From positions 200,446,001-200,510,000 of the forward strand of contig OZ024741.1 in assembly GCA_964016885.1 (NCBI GenBank): DNA of 64,000 nucleotides, read 5' to 3'. Positions 62,481 through 64,000 of the stretch are shown here, piece after piece (the stretch's first letter is position 1; each line of letters starts with the position of its first letter). The notes beneath the pieces were generated by a model. That model saw nothing but the letters and a program-made list of their open reading frames with translations, was not told the DNA's origin and searched no databases. The DNA comes from Eledone cirrhosa. Taxonomy: Eukaryota. The position numbers were made by a program, and so were the translations under genes.

Positions 62481-63099
62481 GGGGGAGTCTTGTCTTAGTT
62501 TACCTATTAAAGTTAGGTGGATTAAACTATTTCAGAATTAGGTTTTAGTTGTTGATGTTATTGTTGTTTGCACTAAAGTCAGAGCAAATTGATTAGTCTA
62601 TAACCAGAAATTGTTTTATCGGTAGTCATTCTTTCTATATCCCAAACTACATAATTCAGTGAGTCCTTTCATAATTCAGTGAGTCCTGGTAGAGTGTGAA
62701 CTGAGTAAAAGTTAATTACTATATTTAGCTCATCGTAATTGCTCACCAGAGCTAAATAACTTCCACTTTTTGTTCATCAACCTGATTATCGGTAGCTTTT
62801 AAAATAAAAGTTGATATATAGTAAACGGAATGGCGTTGAGTTAGTAAAAACAACTGGGCGTCAGACTAATAACAAACATGATTTACAGTGACGCTTAGGT
62901 CGACTATGCTTTTCATCCATTCAAGTTTTAAAAAATAAGTACCAATAATATGGCAGAGACTCCTCTGCCAGAAACTGACCTTGTACTTAGTCAAAAATAT
63001 GTAATTTACTTACGATTTGAAATATATTATATATATTAAATACAACTTGCACTAATAGACATTCCCTTTATCATCTGTCAAATGGGGATGACAAGAATC

Positions 63100-63990
63100 T
63101 TGGCATCATCTGGTAGTATCGTTCACTTCAGCGGCGCCGAGCAACATTTCTGCTACAGGGAATGTCTGAATTACTTTGGCTCGCATTGTAACACGGTTTT
63201 CACTATCTGTAAATCCTTTAACCGCCATACCAAACCAAATGCATCTGTAACCACCCCAGCTATACAGTAACTATTTTATTTTTGGTATACCGAGGATGTG
63301 TTCTTTGTTCCAGCTTTGCTTCTTTTTTTTCTCATGTCTCTTCCATATCCATAATGGATATGCTCTGTCTTTTTTAGCGGCCGCTTTGAATCTGCCGACC
63401 AAATCACGCTCATTTAGCATGTACTGTCACCACTTCTTTATTATAACTACCGGAATTTATTCTATAGTTTTGTTTTCTCTTTAACGACATCCATGGACTG
63501 TTGTTTATGATTTCCACATAACTAACTAGGTAATCTGGTCATTGTGGGTTTCTGTACAGCGAAAAACACATTCAGCTTCTACTTTTGAGCTCCGTATCTA
63601 TGTGAATGCCTTTCGCTCAATTCCACATTGAAGTATTAAAAAATCCAGATGATAACTGTTAAACTGTTGAAAATGTCTGAGTAGGTTTACGAGCTTTTTA
63701 TCGGCTACTTTCACACAATCCTAGTGTGCGTCGGTATGCCATTCTAGTCACCTACTAAAACTGTGTGGGATGTTCTCAGGCTTGTAAGACGCACGAAGAA
63801 TTCCAGCCCACGCACCTATGGAATTAACGGACACGGCCTAAGAATTTTGCCTTCGCCGTTACTCATGTCTAGGTGCACCGAACAGCTCTCGGGATCTAGA
63901 AGTACAAATCTGTTCGAAATGACACTTCCACCCCACTCGATTTGGGTCGACCCAACAATTCTGCATACTACTGATAACCCTGACACTTTG
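63100..63990 (-). mobile_element. Ancient, heavily decayed Tx1 ORF2 (APE region) fragment
   Basis: 63660-63910 aligns by eye with 34290-34565 (tatcggctact..cacacaatcc.ag.gtgcgtc...atgccattc.agtc). The left boundary is uncertain. Confidence 0.55.
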
Positions 63991-64000
63991 GAAAGAAAAA

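Overview
Repeat-saturated animal genomic DNA with no recognisable host gene. The repeat content suggests a cephalopod such as Octopus, but that is inference. Most of the window is a nest of non-LTR retrotransposons. There are five long Tx1-clade (L1 group) copies plus fragments, all disrupted, with a CCHC-knuckle ORF1 and an APE-RT-CCHC ORF2. There are also three R4/Dong-type REL-endonuclease fragments, many copies of one tRNA-head SINE family, RTE-clade copies and Penelope-like (GIY-YIG) remnants with hammerhead motifs. DNA elements include a Buster/Charlie hAT derivative, an Hsmar2-like mariner derivative, a non-autonomous Helitron and several fold-back palindromes. Long microsatellites explain most of the spurious ORFs. 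The most interesting signal is an apparent ATT-targeting Tx1/SINE partnership. Tx1 copies, including a 5'-truncated one, sit inside (ATT)n. SINE copies have 13-21 bp TSDs beginning with ATTAT. LINE and SINE share a 3'-terminal stem-loop with a conserved CUUGU loop and a covarying stem, followed by GAAA-N2-ATT. Dong-like elements use the same microsatellite in the opposite orientation, so the three families pile up on one another. All alignments were done by eye and boundaries are approximate unless TSDs or TIRs are quoted.
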